The position numbers and the translations under genes were made by a program. The notes under the pieces were generated by a model. The model made no database searches. It had not been told where the DNA came from and saw nothing but the letters and a program-made list of their open reading frames with translations. Below are positions 35,612-46,504 of a stretch of DNA of 64,000 nucleotides, piece by piece; within the stretch, counting starts at the first letter, position 1; the number at the start of each line of letters is the position of its first letter. The stretch is from Candidatus Limnocylindria bacterium. Lineage in GTDB: Bacteria; Chloroflexota; Limnocylindria; P2-11E. The stretch covers positions 19,235 to 83,234 of the forward strand of contig DASYTL010000026.1 in the NCBI GenBank assembly GCA_036002305.1, given 5' to 3'.

Positions 35612-37598
35612 ACCGGGCTCGCCGCCGTTTTTCGCACCCGCTCTCGCGTGAGCGGAAGCTCGCGGATCCGGGCGCCGGTCGCCGCGAACACCGCGTTCGC
35701 GATGGCGGCCGCGGTCGGCACGGCGCCCGGCTCGCCCACGCCTGTCGGCGGCTGGCCATCGTCGCCCTCGACCAGCACCTCGATGGACTCCGGAGCGTCG
35801 CGGAACGTCGCGATCGGATAGGTGTCCCAGCCCGTCGTCATGACGCGGCCGTCGCGGTGGGCGAGCTCCTCGGTGAGCGTCCACGAGGCGGACTGCTGGA
35901 TGCCGCCCTCTATCTGGTTGCGGACGCCGTCGGGGTTGAGCGTCTGGCCCGGGTCCACGACGCACCAGACGTTCGCGAGCCGGACCGCGCCGGAGGGCGC
36001 GACCTCGACCTCCGCGACCTGCGCGACGTACGTGCCGTGATAACGGTGCACGCGAGGCCACGCCCGCGGCGGTCGCGCGGACGCTCCTCCCAGCCGACGC
36101 GTTCGGCGACGCGCTCGACGACCCGCCGCAGCCGCTCGTCGGCGATGTGCCGCAAGCGGAACGCGAGCGGCTCCTGACCGGAAGCGGCCGCGAGCTCGTC
36201 CATGAACGACTCGATCGCGAAGACGTTCTCCGCCGCCGCGAGCGAACGGAAGTTCGCCGTGCGCAGGCGTGTGGGCTCGATGTGCAGCGTCACCCGCGCC
36301 GCGCCGACCGCGTAGGGCGGGATCGCGTTGCGCCCCGAGGTCATGCCGAGCACCTGCGGATCGAGCCCGGCCGCCGTGTGCACGTTGGTGTGCTCGTCGT
36401 AGCGCCACGCGACGATCCGGCCCTCCGCCGACAGGCCGGCGCTGATCTCGAGCACGGCCTCGGGACGCGAGGGCGACCATGCGAACTCCTCTTCGCGGGT
36501 CCACTGCACCAGGACCGGACGGCCCGCGCCCTTCGACAAGATGGCGGCCTCGATCGCGGCGTCCGCGTGGCTGTTCCGGCCGTAGGTCCCGCTGGTGGGC
36601 CGCGGAAGCACCCGGACGGCGCGCTCGGGCAGACCGACCGTCTTCGCGACCTGCTCGCGCACGCCGAATGGCCGATGCGTGCCCACGTACATCGTCGCGC
36701 CATCGGGTCGCACGTCGGCGACCGCCGCGCTCGGCCCGATCGGGGCGTTGGCGATCGCCGGCAGCACGTACGTCCGCGCGAGGCGCAGCGCGGCGCGCGC
36801 GAGCTCCTCGTCGACCGCGGGATCGGTCCGCATCGGGACCTCGGCGGTCGGGCCGTCGACCGGGATCGCGTGCCACTCCGCCTCGACCGCGGCCGTGGCG
36901 GCGCGCGCCTGGTCCTCGCGCTCCGCGACGACCCCAAGGACGTCGCCCTGCCGCACGACGGCGACGACGCCCGGCATCGACCGCGCCGCCGCGTCGTTCA
37001 CCGAGCGCAGCTTCGCCCCGCGCGCGGGCGGGCGGACCATCGCCCCGCGGAGCAGGCCCGGTACGCGCACGTCCGCCACGTACGTCGCGCGTCCGGTCAC
37101 GATGTCGCGCGCCTCGAGACGCGGCAGCGGACGCCCGGCGTACCGCCGTCTCGCCGCGGGCATGAGCGGCACGTCGTCGGGAACGACGCCAGTCAGCGGA
37201 TTCCCGTCGAGGAGCTCGACGTAGGTCACGCGTCGCCCGGCGCCGTCGGTGACCGCGCCCATCTCGGTGTCGAGACGCTCCGGCGACACGCCGAGCCTCT
37301 CTCTCGCGCGCGCCACGAGCTGCAACCGCGCGAAGGCGGCAGCCCTGCGCAGCAGCGGTGTCTCCTGCGCCACCGAATGGCTTCCGAACGTGCCGAAGTC
37401 GAACGGCACGCGGTCGGTATCGCCGAGGACGACGTCGACGCGCTCGATGGGGACGTCGAGCTCATCCGCGACGATCTGCGCGAAGGCTGTCCGGATGCCC
37501 TGACCGAACTCGATCTTTCCCGAGAACGCGGTGACCGTGCCGTCGCGCTCCAGGCGGATGCGCTGCTCGAGCCGCTCGGGCTCGCTCCGATCCCGCAT
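35608..37598 (-). pseudogene. IorB-like molybdopterin-binding subunit of a two-component aldehyde-oxidase/xanthine-dehydrogenase-family enzyme, interrupted by a 1-nt frameshift near 36047
   Basis: The N-terminal 517 aa are in ORF 35910..37763 (GKIEFGQGIRTAFAQIVADELDV...). The C-terminal part is in ORF 35608..36876 (YHGTYVAQVAEVEVAPSGAVRLANVWCVVDPGQTLNPDGVRNQIEGGIQQS...GVGEPGAVP). The total of 1991 nt equals 3n-1, and the frames join as GLAC|HRYHGTYV if one C is restored. Confidence 0.75.
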
Positions 37599-38053
37599 CA
37601 GGACCGCGACGCTCTTTCCACCGCCCGGATCGCGCGGCCATACACGCCGCACCGGCAGAGGTTCCCCGCGAGGGCGTCGCGGATCGCGATCTCCTCGGGC
37701 TCGGGGTCCCGCGCGAGCAGCGCGGCGGCGGAGATGAGCATCCCGCTCGTGCAGTAGCCGCACTGCATCGCGTCCTCGGCGATGAACGCCCGCTGCACGC
37801 GATGGAGGTCGTCGCCGTTCGCGAGCCCCTCGACCGTGGTGATCGGCAGGCGTGCGGCCTGATCGGCGGTGAGCAGGCAGGAGGCGACCGCTCGGTCACC
37901 GGCGATCACGTAGCACGCGCCGCATTGCCCGCGCCCGCATCCGTATCGCGTGCCGGTGAGGCCGAGATCGTCGCGAAGGACCGAAAGGAGCGTCGCGCTG
38001 GGCGGTACGTCGACCTCGCGGCGCTCGCCGTTGACCGTGAGAGCGAGCTTCAC
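37598..38053 (-). CDS. (2Fe-2S)-binding subunit (IorA-like)
   Basis: GTRYGCGRGQCGACYVIAGD...QCGYCTSGMLI...GNLCRCGVYGRAI. GTG start in a GTGA overlap with the hutH stop; TGATG junction with the Mo subunit. Confidence 0.85.
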   Translation of the reverse strand: MKLALTVNGERREVDVPPSATLLSVLRDDLGLTGTRYGCGRGQCGACYVIAGDRAVASCLLTADQAARLPITTVEGLANGDDLHRVQRAFIAEDAMQCGYCTSGMLISAAALLARDPEPEEIAIRDALAGNLCRCGVYGRAIRAVERASRS

Positions 38054-39600
38054 GCGAGCTCCGGCAGCCGAAGGCGCACCGCCGCAATCAGGACCTCGCG
38101 GGCGATGACGTCGGCCAGCGCAGTGATGTCGCCGGAGAGTGGGCGGTCATCGTCGAGGCGGGCCGATCGCTCGCGCACCACGCGGCGCGCCTCCTCGACA
38201 CCGGGCGCGGTCGTCGCGCCCAGCAGGTCGAGCCCCTGCGCGGCGCAGAGCGCCTCGATCGCCAGCACGTCACGCGTGTTGCGGACGACCTCCGCGAGCT
38301 TATGGGCGGCATGCACGCCCATGCTCACGTGGTCCTCCATGCCGGCCGAGGTGGGGAGGGACTCGACCGACGCGGGGAACGCGCGCAGACGGTTCTCGGT
38401 GACGAGCGCCGCAGCCGTGTACTGCGCCACCATGAACCCGGAGTTCGTTCCCGGCCGGCGTGTGAGGAACGGCGGCAGGCCGCTGGTGTGCCCGTTGGTC
38501 ATGCGGTCGACGCGCGCCTCGCTGATGTCCGCGAGCTCGGCGACCGCGATCGTCGCGAGGTCGAGCGCGATGGCGACCGGCTGGCCGTGGAAGTTGCCTC
38601 CGCTGACGACGCGGTGATCCTCGGCGAAGACGATCGGGTTGTCGGTCACGGCGTTGATCTCGATCTCGAGCACACGGCGGGTGTACGCGATCGCGTCGCG
38701 CGACGCGCCGTGCACCTGCGGCATGCACCGGATCGAATACGGATCCTGCACGCGCGGGTCGCCGACCCGGTGGGAGGCCACGTTCGGGCTGCCGGCCATG
38801 AGCAGGCGGAGGTTCGCGGCGACGGTCTGCTGACCTGGGTGCGGCCGTGTCGCATGAAGCTCGGCGTCCCACGCGCGGTCTGTCGCGCGCAGGGCCTCGG
38901 CGGACATCGCGCCGACGACGTCCGCGGTCGTCGCGAGCACCTCGGCGTCGTGCAGCGCGAGGCACCCGATGGCGGTCATCACCTGCGTGCCGTTGATCAG
39001 CGAGACGCCCTCCTTGGGCGCGAGCTCGATCGGCTTGAGTCCGGCGGCCTTGAGCCCGTCGGCGCCGGAACGGCGTCTTCCCTGGTCGACCGTCTCGCCT
39101 TCGCCGATGAGGACGAGCGCGGCATGAGCCAGCGGGGCGAGATCGCCGGACGCGCCCACGCTGCCGTGCCGCGGGATCGCCGGATGGACGCGGCGATTCA
39201 GCATGTCGCAGAGCAGGTCGACGACCTCCGTGCGCACGCCCGATCGGCCCGCCGCGAGCGTGTTCGCTCGGAGCAGGAGCACGGCGCGTACGACGTCCTC
39301 GGGCAACTCCGGCCCCACGCCCACGGCGTGGCTGCGCACGAGGTTGAGCTGCAGCGCGCGCAGCTCGTCCGGCGGCACGCGCACTGTGGAGAGATCTCCG
39401 AACCCCGTGTTCACGCCGTAGACGGGGTCGTCTGCCCGGGCGATCTCCGCCACGACCTTCGCCGCCTGGTCGACCTCCCGCTCCGCGGAACGATCGAGGC
39501 CGACCGCGACGTCGCGCCGCGCGACGGCGAGGACGTCGGCGATCGAAAGGTCGCGGCCGGTGAGCCGGAGGGTCGCTATTTCACGTTTTCCCGATACCAC
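38050..39600 (-). CDS. hutH: histidine ammonia-lyase
   Basis: YGVNTGFGDLSTVRV...LQLNLVRSHAVGVG...GSVGASGDLAPLAH (MIO-forming ASG; the S-H selectivity pair is as in HAL). GTG 39600 overlaps the upstream gene by 25 nt. Confidence 0.9.
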   Translation of the reverse strand: MVSGKREIATLRLTGRDLSIADVLAVARRDVAVGLDRSAEREVDQAAKVVAEIARADDPVYGVNTGFGDLSTVRVPPDELRALQLNLVRSHAVGVGPELPEDVVRAVLLLRANTLAAGRSGVRTEVVDLLCDMLNRRVHPAIPRHGSVGASGDLAPLAHAALVLIGEGETVDQGRRRSGADGLKAAGLKPIELAPKEGVSLINGTQVMTAIGCLALHDAEVLATTADVVGAMSAEALRATDRAWDAELHATRPHPGQQTVAANLRLLMAGSPNVASHRVGDPRVQDPYSIRCMPQVHGASRDAIAYTRRVLEIEINAVTDNPIVFAEDHRVVSGGNFHGQPVAIALDLATIAVAELADISEARVDRMTNGHTSGLPPFLTRRPGTNSGFMVAQYTAAALVTENRLRAFPASVESLPTSAGMEDHVSMGVHAAHKLAEVVRNTRDVLAIEALCAAQGLDLLGATTAPGVEEARRVVRERSARLDDDRPLSGDITALADVIAREVLIAAVRLRLPELA

Positions 39601-40124
39601 CGTGCGAGGTCGGTGTAGTGCTCGGCCGCGTGGACTGTCCAGCGGTCGTCCTCCGGCCCGACGTCGCGGACCACGCGCGCAGGGACGCCAAGCGCGACTT
39701 TCCGCTCCGCGACCGCCATCCGCTCCGGAAGAACCGCGCCGGCGGCGATGACGCTGCGGTCGCCGACACGATTGCCGCCGACGAGCACCGCGCCCGACCC
39801 GATGAGGACGTTGTCGCCGATGGTGCTGTCGTGGACGATCGCCCCGTGCCCGATGGTGCAGTCGGCCCCGATGACCGTCGGCCCGTCGGCCTCGGTGTGG
39901 ACCACGACGTTGTCCTGCACGCTCGTCCTCGGGCCGATCCGGATCGAGGCCATGTCGCCGCGCAGCGTCGCGTTGAACCAGACCGACGAGCCTGAATCGA
40001 CCGTGACATCCCCGATGAGACATGCCGTCGGTGCTATCCACGCGTCGGGAGCTACCACCGGGCGCTTGCCGCGATAGGGGTACTGGGGCACGCGCCGATG
40101 GTATTCGCTCCGGTGACGCGTCAT
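39576..40124 (-). CDS. gamma-carbonic-anhydrase-like / left-handed beta-helix (hexapeptide) protein
   Basis: [50 protein letters not shown]...[24 protein letters not shown]. Confidence 0.8.
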   Translation of the reverse strand: MTRHRSEYHRRVPQYPYRGKRPVVAPDAWIAPTACLIGDVTVDSGSSVWFNATLRGDMASIRIGPRTSVQDNVVVHTEADGPTVIGADCTIGHGAIVHDSTIGDNVLIGSGAVLVGGNRVGDRSVIAAGAVLPERMAVAERKVALGVPARVVRDVGPEDDRWTVHAAEHYTDLARWYRENVK

Positions 40125-40141
40125 ACCATCCGTTCGCAGAT

Positions 40142-40573
40142 ATGGGGAGCGTGGAGAGGCCGATCCGCGTGCTGCTCGCGAAAGTGGGGCTCGACGGTCA
40201 CGATCGAGGTGTGAAAGTCGTCGCGCGCGCGCTGCGCGACGGTGGCATGGAGGTCATCTACACCGGACTCCACCGGCGGCCGGAAGAGGTTGTCGCGGCG
40301 GCGATCCACGAAGACGTCGATGTCATCGGCCTGTCCATCCTCTCGGGCGCGCACATGACCATCTTCCCTCGGCTCGTCGAGCTCATGAAGAGGGACGGTG
40401 TCTTCGGAGAGATCTCCCTCATTGCCGGCGGCGTCATACCGGACGAAGACGCGGCGGGGCTGCGCGATCTCGGGTTCGACGCCATCGTCGATCAGGAGGC
40501 GACCGCCGCCGAGGTCGTTGGCGCCGTGCGCCGCCTCGTCGAGGCGAAGCGCGCGGCGAGCGCCGCCCGATAG
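40142..40573 (+). CDS. cobalamin-binding small subunit of an acyl-CoA mutase
   Basis: [65 protein letters not shown] (DxHxxG ... SxL ... GG B12-binding pattern). Confidence 0.85.
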   Translation: MGSVERPIRVLLAKVGLDGHDRGVKVVARALRDGGMEVIYTGLHRRPEEVVAAAIHEDVDVIGLSILSGAHMTIFPRLVELMKRDGVFGEISLIAGGVIPDEDAAGLRDLGFDAIVDQEATAAEVVGAVRRLVEAKRAASAAR

Positions 40574-40582
40574 CTAGCGCCG

Positions 40583-42007
40583 GTGGAGTTCTGGAGCTGG
40601 CCTCCGCGTTTTGCTGAGGACTACCGGCCGCCGGCGGGACAGGCGCACTGGTTCCCGAAGCGGGAGACCATGCCCTCCGCCGAGCGCGACGCGGCCATCC
40701 TCGAACGCATCCGCCAGGTCATGCGCTACTGCTGGGACAAGGCCCCCTTCTACCGGCGAAAGTGGTCGGACGCGGGGATCGACCCGGCCGCGATCCGAAC
40801 GCTCGAGGACTTCGAGAACGTCCCGGTCGTTCGCAAGGAGGAGCTACGGCTCGCGCAAGCCGAGCATCCGCCCTTCGGCGACTACGCGTGTGTCGACGAC
40901 TCGCAGGTGCACCACATACACGGGACCTCCGGGACGACCGGTCGTCCGACGGCGTTCGGCGTGTCACTCCCGGACTGGCGCGTGATCGCGAATGAGCACG
41001 CGCGGATCATGTGGGGGATGGGGATCCGACCTTCGGACACCGTCTTCATCGGGTCGTTCTTCAGTCTCTACATGGGGTCCTGGGGCGTCCTCATCGGTGC
41101 CGAACGCCTCGGGGCTCGTGCGTTCCCCTTCGGGGCCGGCGCGGCAGGTCAGACGCGCCGGGCGATCGTCTGGCTTCGCGAGATGCGGCCCACGGTCTTT
41201 TATGGCACGCCCTCGTACGCGCTCCATGTCGCCGAGACCGCGGTCGGGATGGGCGTCGATCCACGTGAGCTCGGGCTGCGCATCCTTTTCTTCTCCGGCG
41301 AACCCGGCGCCTCGATCCCGTCGATCCGCGAGAAGATCGAGCGCACCTACGGCGCTCTGGTCTACGACTCGGGGAGCATGGCGGAGGTGTCGCCGTGGAT
41401 GAACCTCGGCGAGAGCACCGCGCGCGTTGGGATGCTCTGCTGGCAGGATGTCGTGTACACCGAGGTCTGCGACCCGCAGACGTTCCGGCGCGTCACATAC
41501 GGCGCGGAGGGCACGCCGGTCTACACGACCCTCGAGCGGCTTTCCCAGCCGATGGTCCGGTTGCTGTCGGGAGACCTCACGCGCTGGGAGGCTGGACCAA
41601 GCCCATGCGGCCGCACATACCCGTGCCTGCCGAAGGGCGTTTACGGCAGGATCGACGAGATGTTCACGATCCGCGGTGAGAACGTGTATCCGAGCGCGAT
41701 CGACGAGGTCGTCACGGCCCTCGCCGGCTATGGCGGCGAGCACCGCATCGTCATCACCAGGCAGGAGGCGATGGACGAGCTCGCCGTCCGGCTGGAGTTC
41801 GACGACGCGACGAAGGCGGCCGGCGAGCACGCCATCGAGGCGTTGCGCCGGCGCGCCGAGGAGCAGCTGCGCACAGTCCTTGGTGTGGGCGCGCGAGTCA
41901 CCCCGGTGCCGCCGGGCACCCTCGAGCGCACGGAATTCAAGGCGCGTCGCGTGATCGACGATCGGGACCTCTGGCGGAAGGACCGCGCGATGGGAGGGCG
42001 GCGATGA
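40583..42007 (+). CDS. PaaK-type (phenylacetate-CoA-ligase-like) acyl-CoA ligase
   Basis: [13 protein letters not shown]...[16 protein letters not shown]...[16 protein letters not shown]...[15 protein letters not shown]...LFFSGEPG...[16 protein letters not shown]. Confidence 0.8.
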   Translation: MEFWSWPPRFAEDYRPPAGQAHWFPKRETMPSAERDAAILERIRQVMRYCWDKAPFYRRKWSDAGIDPAAIRTLEDFENVPVVRKEELRLAQAEHPPFGDYACVDDSQVHHIHGTSGTTGRPTAFGVSLPDWRVIANEHARIMWGMGIRPSDTVFIGSFFSLYMGSWGVLIGAERLGARAFPFGAGAAGQTRRAIVWLREMRPTVFYGTPSYALHVAETAVGMGVDPRELGLRILFFSGEPGASIPSIREKIERTYGALVYDSGSMAEVSPWMNLGESTARVGMLCWQDVVYTEVCDPQTFRRVTYGAEGTPVYTTLERLSQPMVRLLSGDLTRWEAGPSPCGRTYPCLPKGVYGRIDEMFTIRGENVYPSAIDEVVTALAGYGGEHRIVITRQEAMDELAVRLEFDDATKAAGEHAIEALRRRAEEQLRTVLGVGARVTPVPPGTLERTEFKARRVIDDRDLWRKDRAMGGRR

Positions 42008-43722
42008 AGCTCGCAGGGATCGGGCAGCGTACTCCGGTCATCAACGCTGACGCGGGGATGCGCGCAAGGAGCGATCTCGCGGAGTGGGAGCGCGACGAGC
42101 TCGCGGCGACCCTCGCGCGGCAGCCGGAGCGCGCACCGCAGTTCGTGACCGCGTCAGGGATCCCGCTTCGGCGCGCATACACGCCGGCGGACGTCGCCGA
42201 CGCGGCCTGGGAGGACGTGGGCCTTCCCGGCCGCTATCCGTTCACCCGCGGCCCGTACCCGACGATGTACCGGGGACGCCTCTGGACGATGCGGCAGATA
42301 GCCGGCTACGGCACGCCGCGGGACACCAACGATCGCTTCAAGTACCTGATCGATCAGGGACAGACCGGCCTCTCCGTGGACTTCGACATGCCGACGCTGA
42401 TGGGCTACGACTCGGACGACGAGATGAGCGCGGGAGAAGTCGGCCGCGAGGGCGTGTCCATAGATGTGCTCGACGACATGGAGGCGTTGTTCGCGGATAT
42501 CGACCTCGAGTCGATCAGCGTATCGATGACGATCAACCCGACCGCCTGGATCTTGCTCGCCATGTACGTGGCGGTGGCGGACTAGCGCGGCAACGACCTC
42601 GGCAAGCTCTCGGGCACGATCCAGAACGACATTCTCAAGGAATACGTCGCGCAGAAGGAGTGGATCTACCCCATCCGCCCGAGCATGCGCATCGTGCGCG
42701 ACACGATCACCTATGGCGCTCGGCGGCTCCCGCGGTACAACCCGATCAACATCAGCGGCTATCACATCTCGGAGGCCGGCGCGAACGCCATCCAGGAGGT
42801 CGCGTTCACGCTCGCGAACGGGATCGCGTATGTCGACGAGGTGACCCGTGCCGGGATGCCCGTGGACGAGTTCGCGCCGCGGCTCGCTTTCTACTTCATC
42901 GCGCAGCGGGACCTCTTCGAGGAGGTCGCGAAGTTCCGGGCCGCGCGGCGAGTCTGGGCGAAGATCATGCGGGAGCGCTTCGGTGCGAAGCGCGCGGAGT
43001 CGATGCGAATTCGATTCCACTGCCAGACCGCCGCGGCGACGCTCACGAAGGCGCAGCCGTACAACAACGTCGTGCGCACCGCCTTTCAGGCGCTTACCGC
43101 CGTGCTTGGTGGCGCGCAGTCGCTGCACACCAACGGGCTCGACGAGGCCTACGCGATCCCCTCGGAGTTCGCGATGAAGCTCGGGCTCCGGACGCAGCAG
43201 ATCCTCGCCGAAGAGACGAACGTCGCCAGCGTCGTCGATCCGCTCGCGGGGTCGTGGTACGTCGAAGCGTTGACCGACGACGTCGAGAGGGCGGTCTGGT
43301 CGTACCTCGAGAGGATCGACGAGATGGGCGGAACCCTCGCTGCGATCGAGCGGAATTTCCCCCAGCGCGAGATCGCGGATACGGCGTACCGAATCTGGCG
43401 CCAGAAGCAAACCGGAGAGCACGTCGTCGTCGGCGTGAACAAGTACGTGGACGAAGGCGAGGGGGAGCCGCCCGTCGCGGTGCACAAGGTCCATCCCGAC
43501 ACCGAGCGGCGGAAGATCGCCGAGCTCAGCCGGATCAAGGCGGCCCGCGACGCCGGGGCCGTCGACCGCGTGCTGCGGGAGCTCACGGACGTCGCGAGCG
43601 ACCAGAGCGCGAATCTGATGCCGCCGACGATCGCCGCGGTGAAGGCGCGGGCGACGATGGGGGAGATCGTGATCGCACTGAAGCGATCCTTCGGGACGTA
43701 TCGGGAGACGCCGGTATTCTGA
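42004..43722 (+). pseudogene. acyl-CoA mutase catalytic (large) subunit with one in-frame TAG (42583-42585); ICM/HCM-like rather than MCM-like
   Basis: ORFs 42004..42585 and 42685..43722 are in the same frame, and similarity continues straight through the TAG (...[39 protein letters not shown]...). [56 protein letters not shown] overlap with the ligase. Confidence 0.8.
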
Positions 43723-43726
43723 GTCC

Positions 43727-44833
<1,107 letters not shown>

Positions 44834-45554
44834 CCTCGCCCTGCTCGAGCTTCTTGCGGAGCCGCCCGACGTGCACGTCGACGAGGCGCGTGTCGCTTCC
44901 CGGCTCGTAGCTCCAGACCCCGACGAGCAGATCGTCCCGCGTGAACACGCGGCCCGGCTCGCTCGCGAGCGAGCGCAGGAGCTTGAACTCGGTCGGGGTG
45001 AGTGGCAGCTGCTTGTCGCCGGCGATCGCCTGCAGGCTCGCGAGATCGATGATGAAGGTGCCGAAGCGGAGCTGGCGGTCCTTCGAGTGATCGGTCCGCA
45101 CGCGCTCGCGGCGAAGCAGCGCCTCGACGCGTGCCGCGAGCTCGTCGTTGTCGAATGGTTTCCCGAGGTAGTCGTCCGCGCCGATCCGCAGGCCCACGAC
45201 GCGATCCGGCGGATCGTCCTTGGCCGAGAGAAAGAGGATCGGCACGTCGGTGTTGCGCCGGAGTTGCAAGCAGAGGCTGATCCCGTCGACGCTCGGCATC
45301 AGCACATCCAGGGTGATCAGGTCAGGGTGGAACTCGTTGAAGGCATCCATCGCCTGGCGCGCGTCGGTGATCGTGCGGACCTCGTGGCCCGCCTCGCCGA
45401 GCACCGTCCCGACGAGCTGGGCGACATCGCGGTCGTCGTCGACCACCAGGACCCGGCCGCCGGTCGGAGGAGGTCGGGGGGCGACCTGCGCCTCGCGGAG
45501 CGCCTCCTGGTCGAGCATGTAACGGAGGCCCGGCAATCGCCGTGCCATTGTGAA

Positions 45555-45589
45555 GACGAGCCCTTGCTCGGCGGATAGAGGGGCTCGTC
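45555..45589 (-). other. perfect 9-bp stem-loop in the 67-nt spacer upstream of the response-regulator gene
   Basis: GACGAGCCC - 17 nt - GGGCTCGTC. No U-tract, so probably an attenuator, processing or stability element rather than a classical terminator. Confidence 0.45.
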
Positions 45590-45615
45590 GATGACCGACC
45601 TAATTGATGACCTAC

Positions 45616-46500
45616 CTAGGCGAGCGCGGCGTTCACCCCGGCCAGCTTGACGGCAATCCACCGCCCCTCGGCACCAACGTCCTCGGGCCAGGGGGTGAAG
45701 AAGAGCCGGTCGGTCTCGTCCTCGATGGCCTGCCGCGTCCGCGCTCCGCGCTCCGTCGTGCGCAGGGCCGCGCGCTCCACGCGATCCTCGCTGCGCAGAC
45801 GGTCGACCGAGGCTCGCACGTCCTCCGGGCGCTGATGCGGGAGGAGCTCGACCAGCGCCGATTCGTCGGCCGCCTCCCTGCGCCAAATCCGCGTCAGCAC
45901 CTCGACGTCCGGACCGGAGAGGCCCGACGCGCGCCACGCGGCGATGTGGCAGTCGTCGCGCACCTGCCACAGACCGAACACGGCCGCGTCGAGCTGCGCG
46001 AAGGAACCCTCGGGCGGATCGTCCGCGCGATACGCGAAGGCCCACGGCGTGCGCAGGCGCTCGCGCGGCTCAGCGGCTCGCGCGGCGGCCTGGAACGCGC
46101 GGTCGAGCAGGCGCGTGAGCTTCGCGAGCTCGTCCTTCGGCAACGGTGCGATGGTGGCGTAGTGCTGACGCGCGGCCTCGTGCTGGCGACGCGCGAGCTC
46201 GCCGCCCTTCGCGGTGAGATGCCACCGCCCGTTGCGTTCCTCCGCGAGACCCGCGCCGCGCGCGGCGGCGGCCATCGGCATCCACCGGCCGCGGACCGTG
46301 CCGTACGCGCTCTCGAGGTCGGCCGGCGCAGCGCTCGCGCCCTTCTCGCCGCGATACGAGAGGTTGATGACCCAGAAGTAGGCGGGCCGGTCGAGCCCGA
46401 GCTCTTCCATCGCGCGGAGAGGAAACGTCATCTTCGTGCGGCGACGTGTGAGGAACTCCGGGATGTGCGGGACGATCTCGATGGGGAAGGGCGGCTTCAC
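45616..46500 (-). CDS. hypothetical protein, apparently two MarR-like winged-helix repeats
   Basis: GTG 46500 lies 4 nt after the zinc-finger gene stop. ...GLAEERNGRWHLTAKGGELARRQHEA... and ...LSGPDVEVLTRIWRREAADESALVELLPHQRPEDVRASVDRLRSEDRVERAALRTTERGARTRQAIED. The family is not recognised with certainty. Confidence 0.5.
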   Translation of the reverse strand: MKPPFPIEIVPHIPEFLTRRRTKMTFPLRAMEELGLDRPAYFWVINLSYRGEKGASAAPADLESAYGTVRGRWMPMAAAARGAGLAEERNGRWHLTAKGGELARRQHEAARQHYATIAPLPKDELAKLTRLLDRAFQAAARAAEPRERLRTPWAFAYRADDPPEGSFAQLDAAVFGLWQVRDDCHIAAWRASGLSGPDVEVLTRIWRREAADESALVELLPHQRPEDVRASVDRLRSEDRVERAALRTTERGARTRQAIEDETDRLFFTPWPEDVGAEGRWIAVKLAGVNAALA

Positions 46501-46504
46501 CGGG

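Noticed and set aside
36040-36055. Programmed -1 ribosomal frameshift in the IorB-like gene.
   Set aside because: There is no slippery X XXY YYZ heptamer at the junction (GCG TGC ACC GTT) and no obvious downstream pseudoknot. The pattern fits a 1-nt deletion.
30656-39600. Calling hutU plus hutH a complete histidine-utilisation (hut) locus.
   Set aside because: The two genes are in different operons 6 kb apart. No hutI, hutG/hutF or hutC is present in the window.
42583-42585. Reading the in-frame TAG of the mutase as pyrrolysine or a reassigned codon.
   Set aside because: TAG is used as an ordinary terminator by many neighbouring genes (for example DoxX, hutU, the gamma-CA-like gene and GH130). 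No pyl genes or other TAG-interrupted genes are visible. A nonsense mutation or sequence error is the simpler reading.
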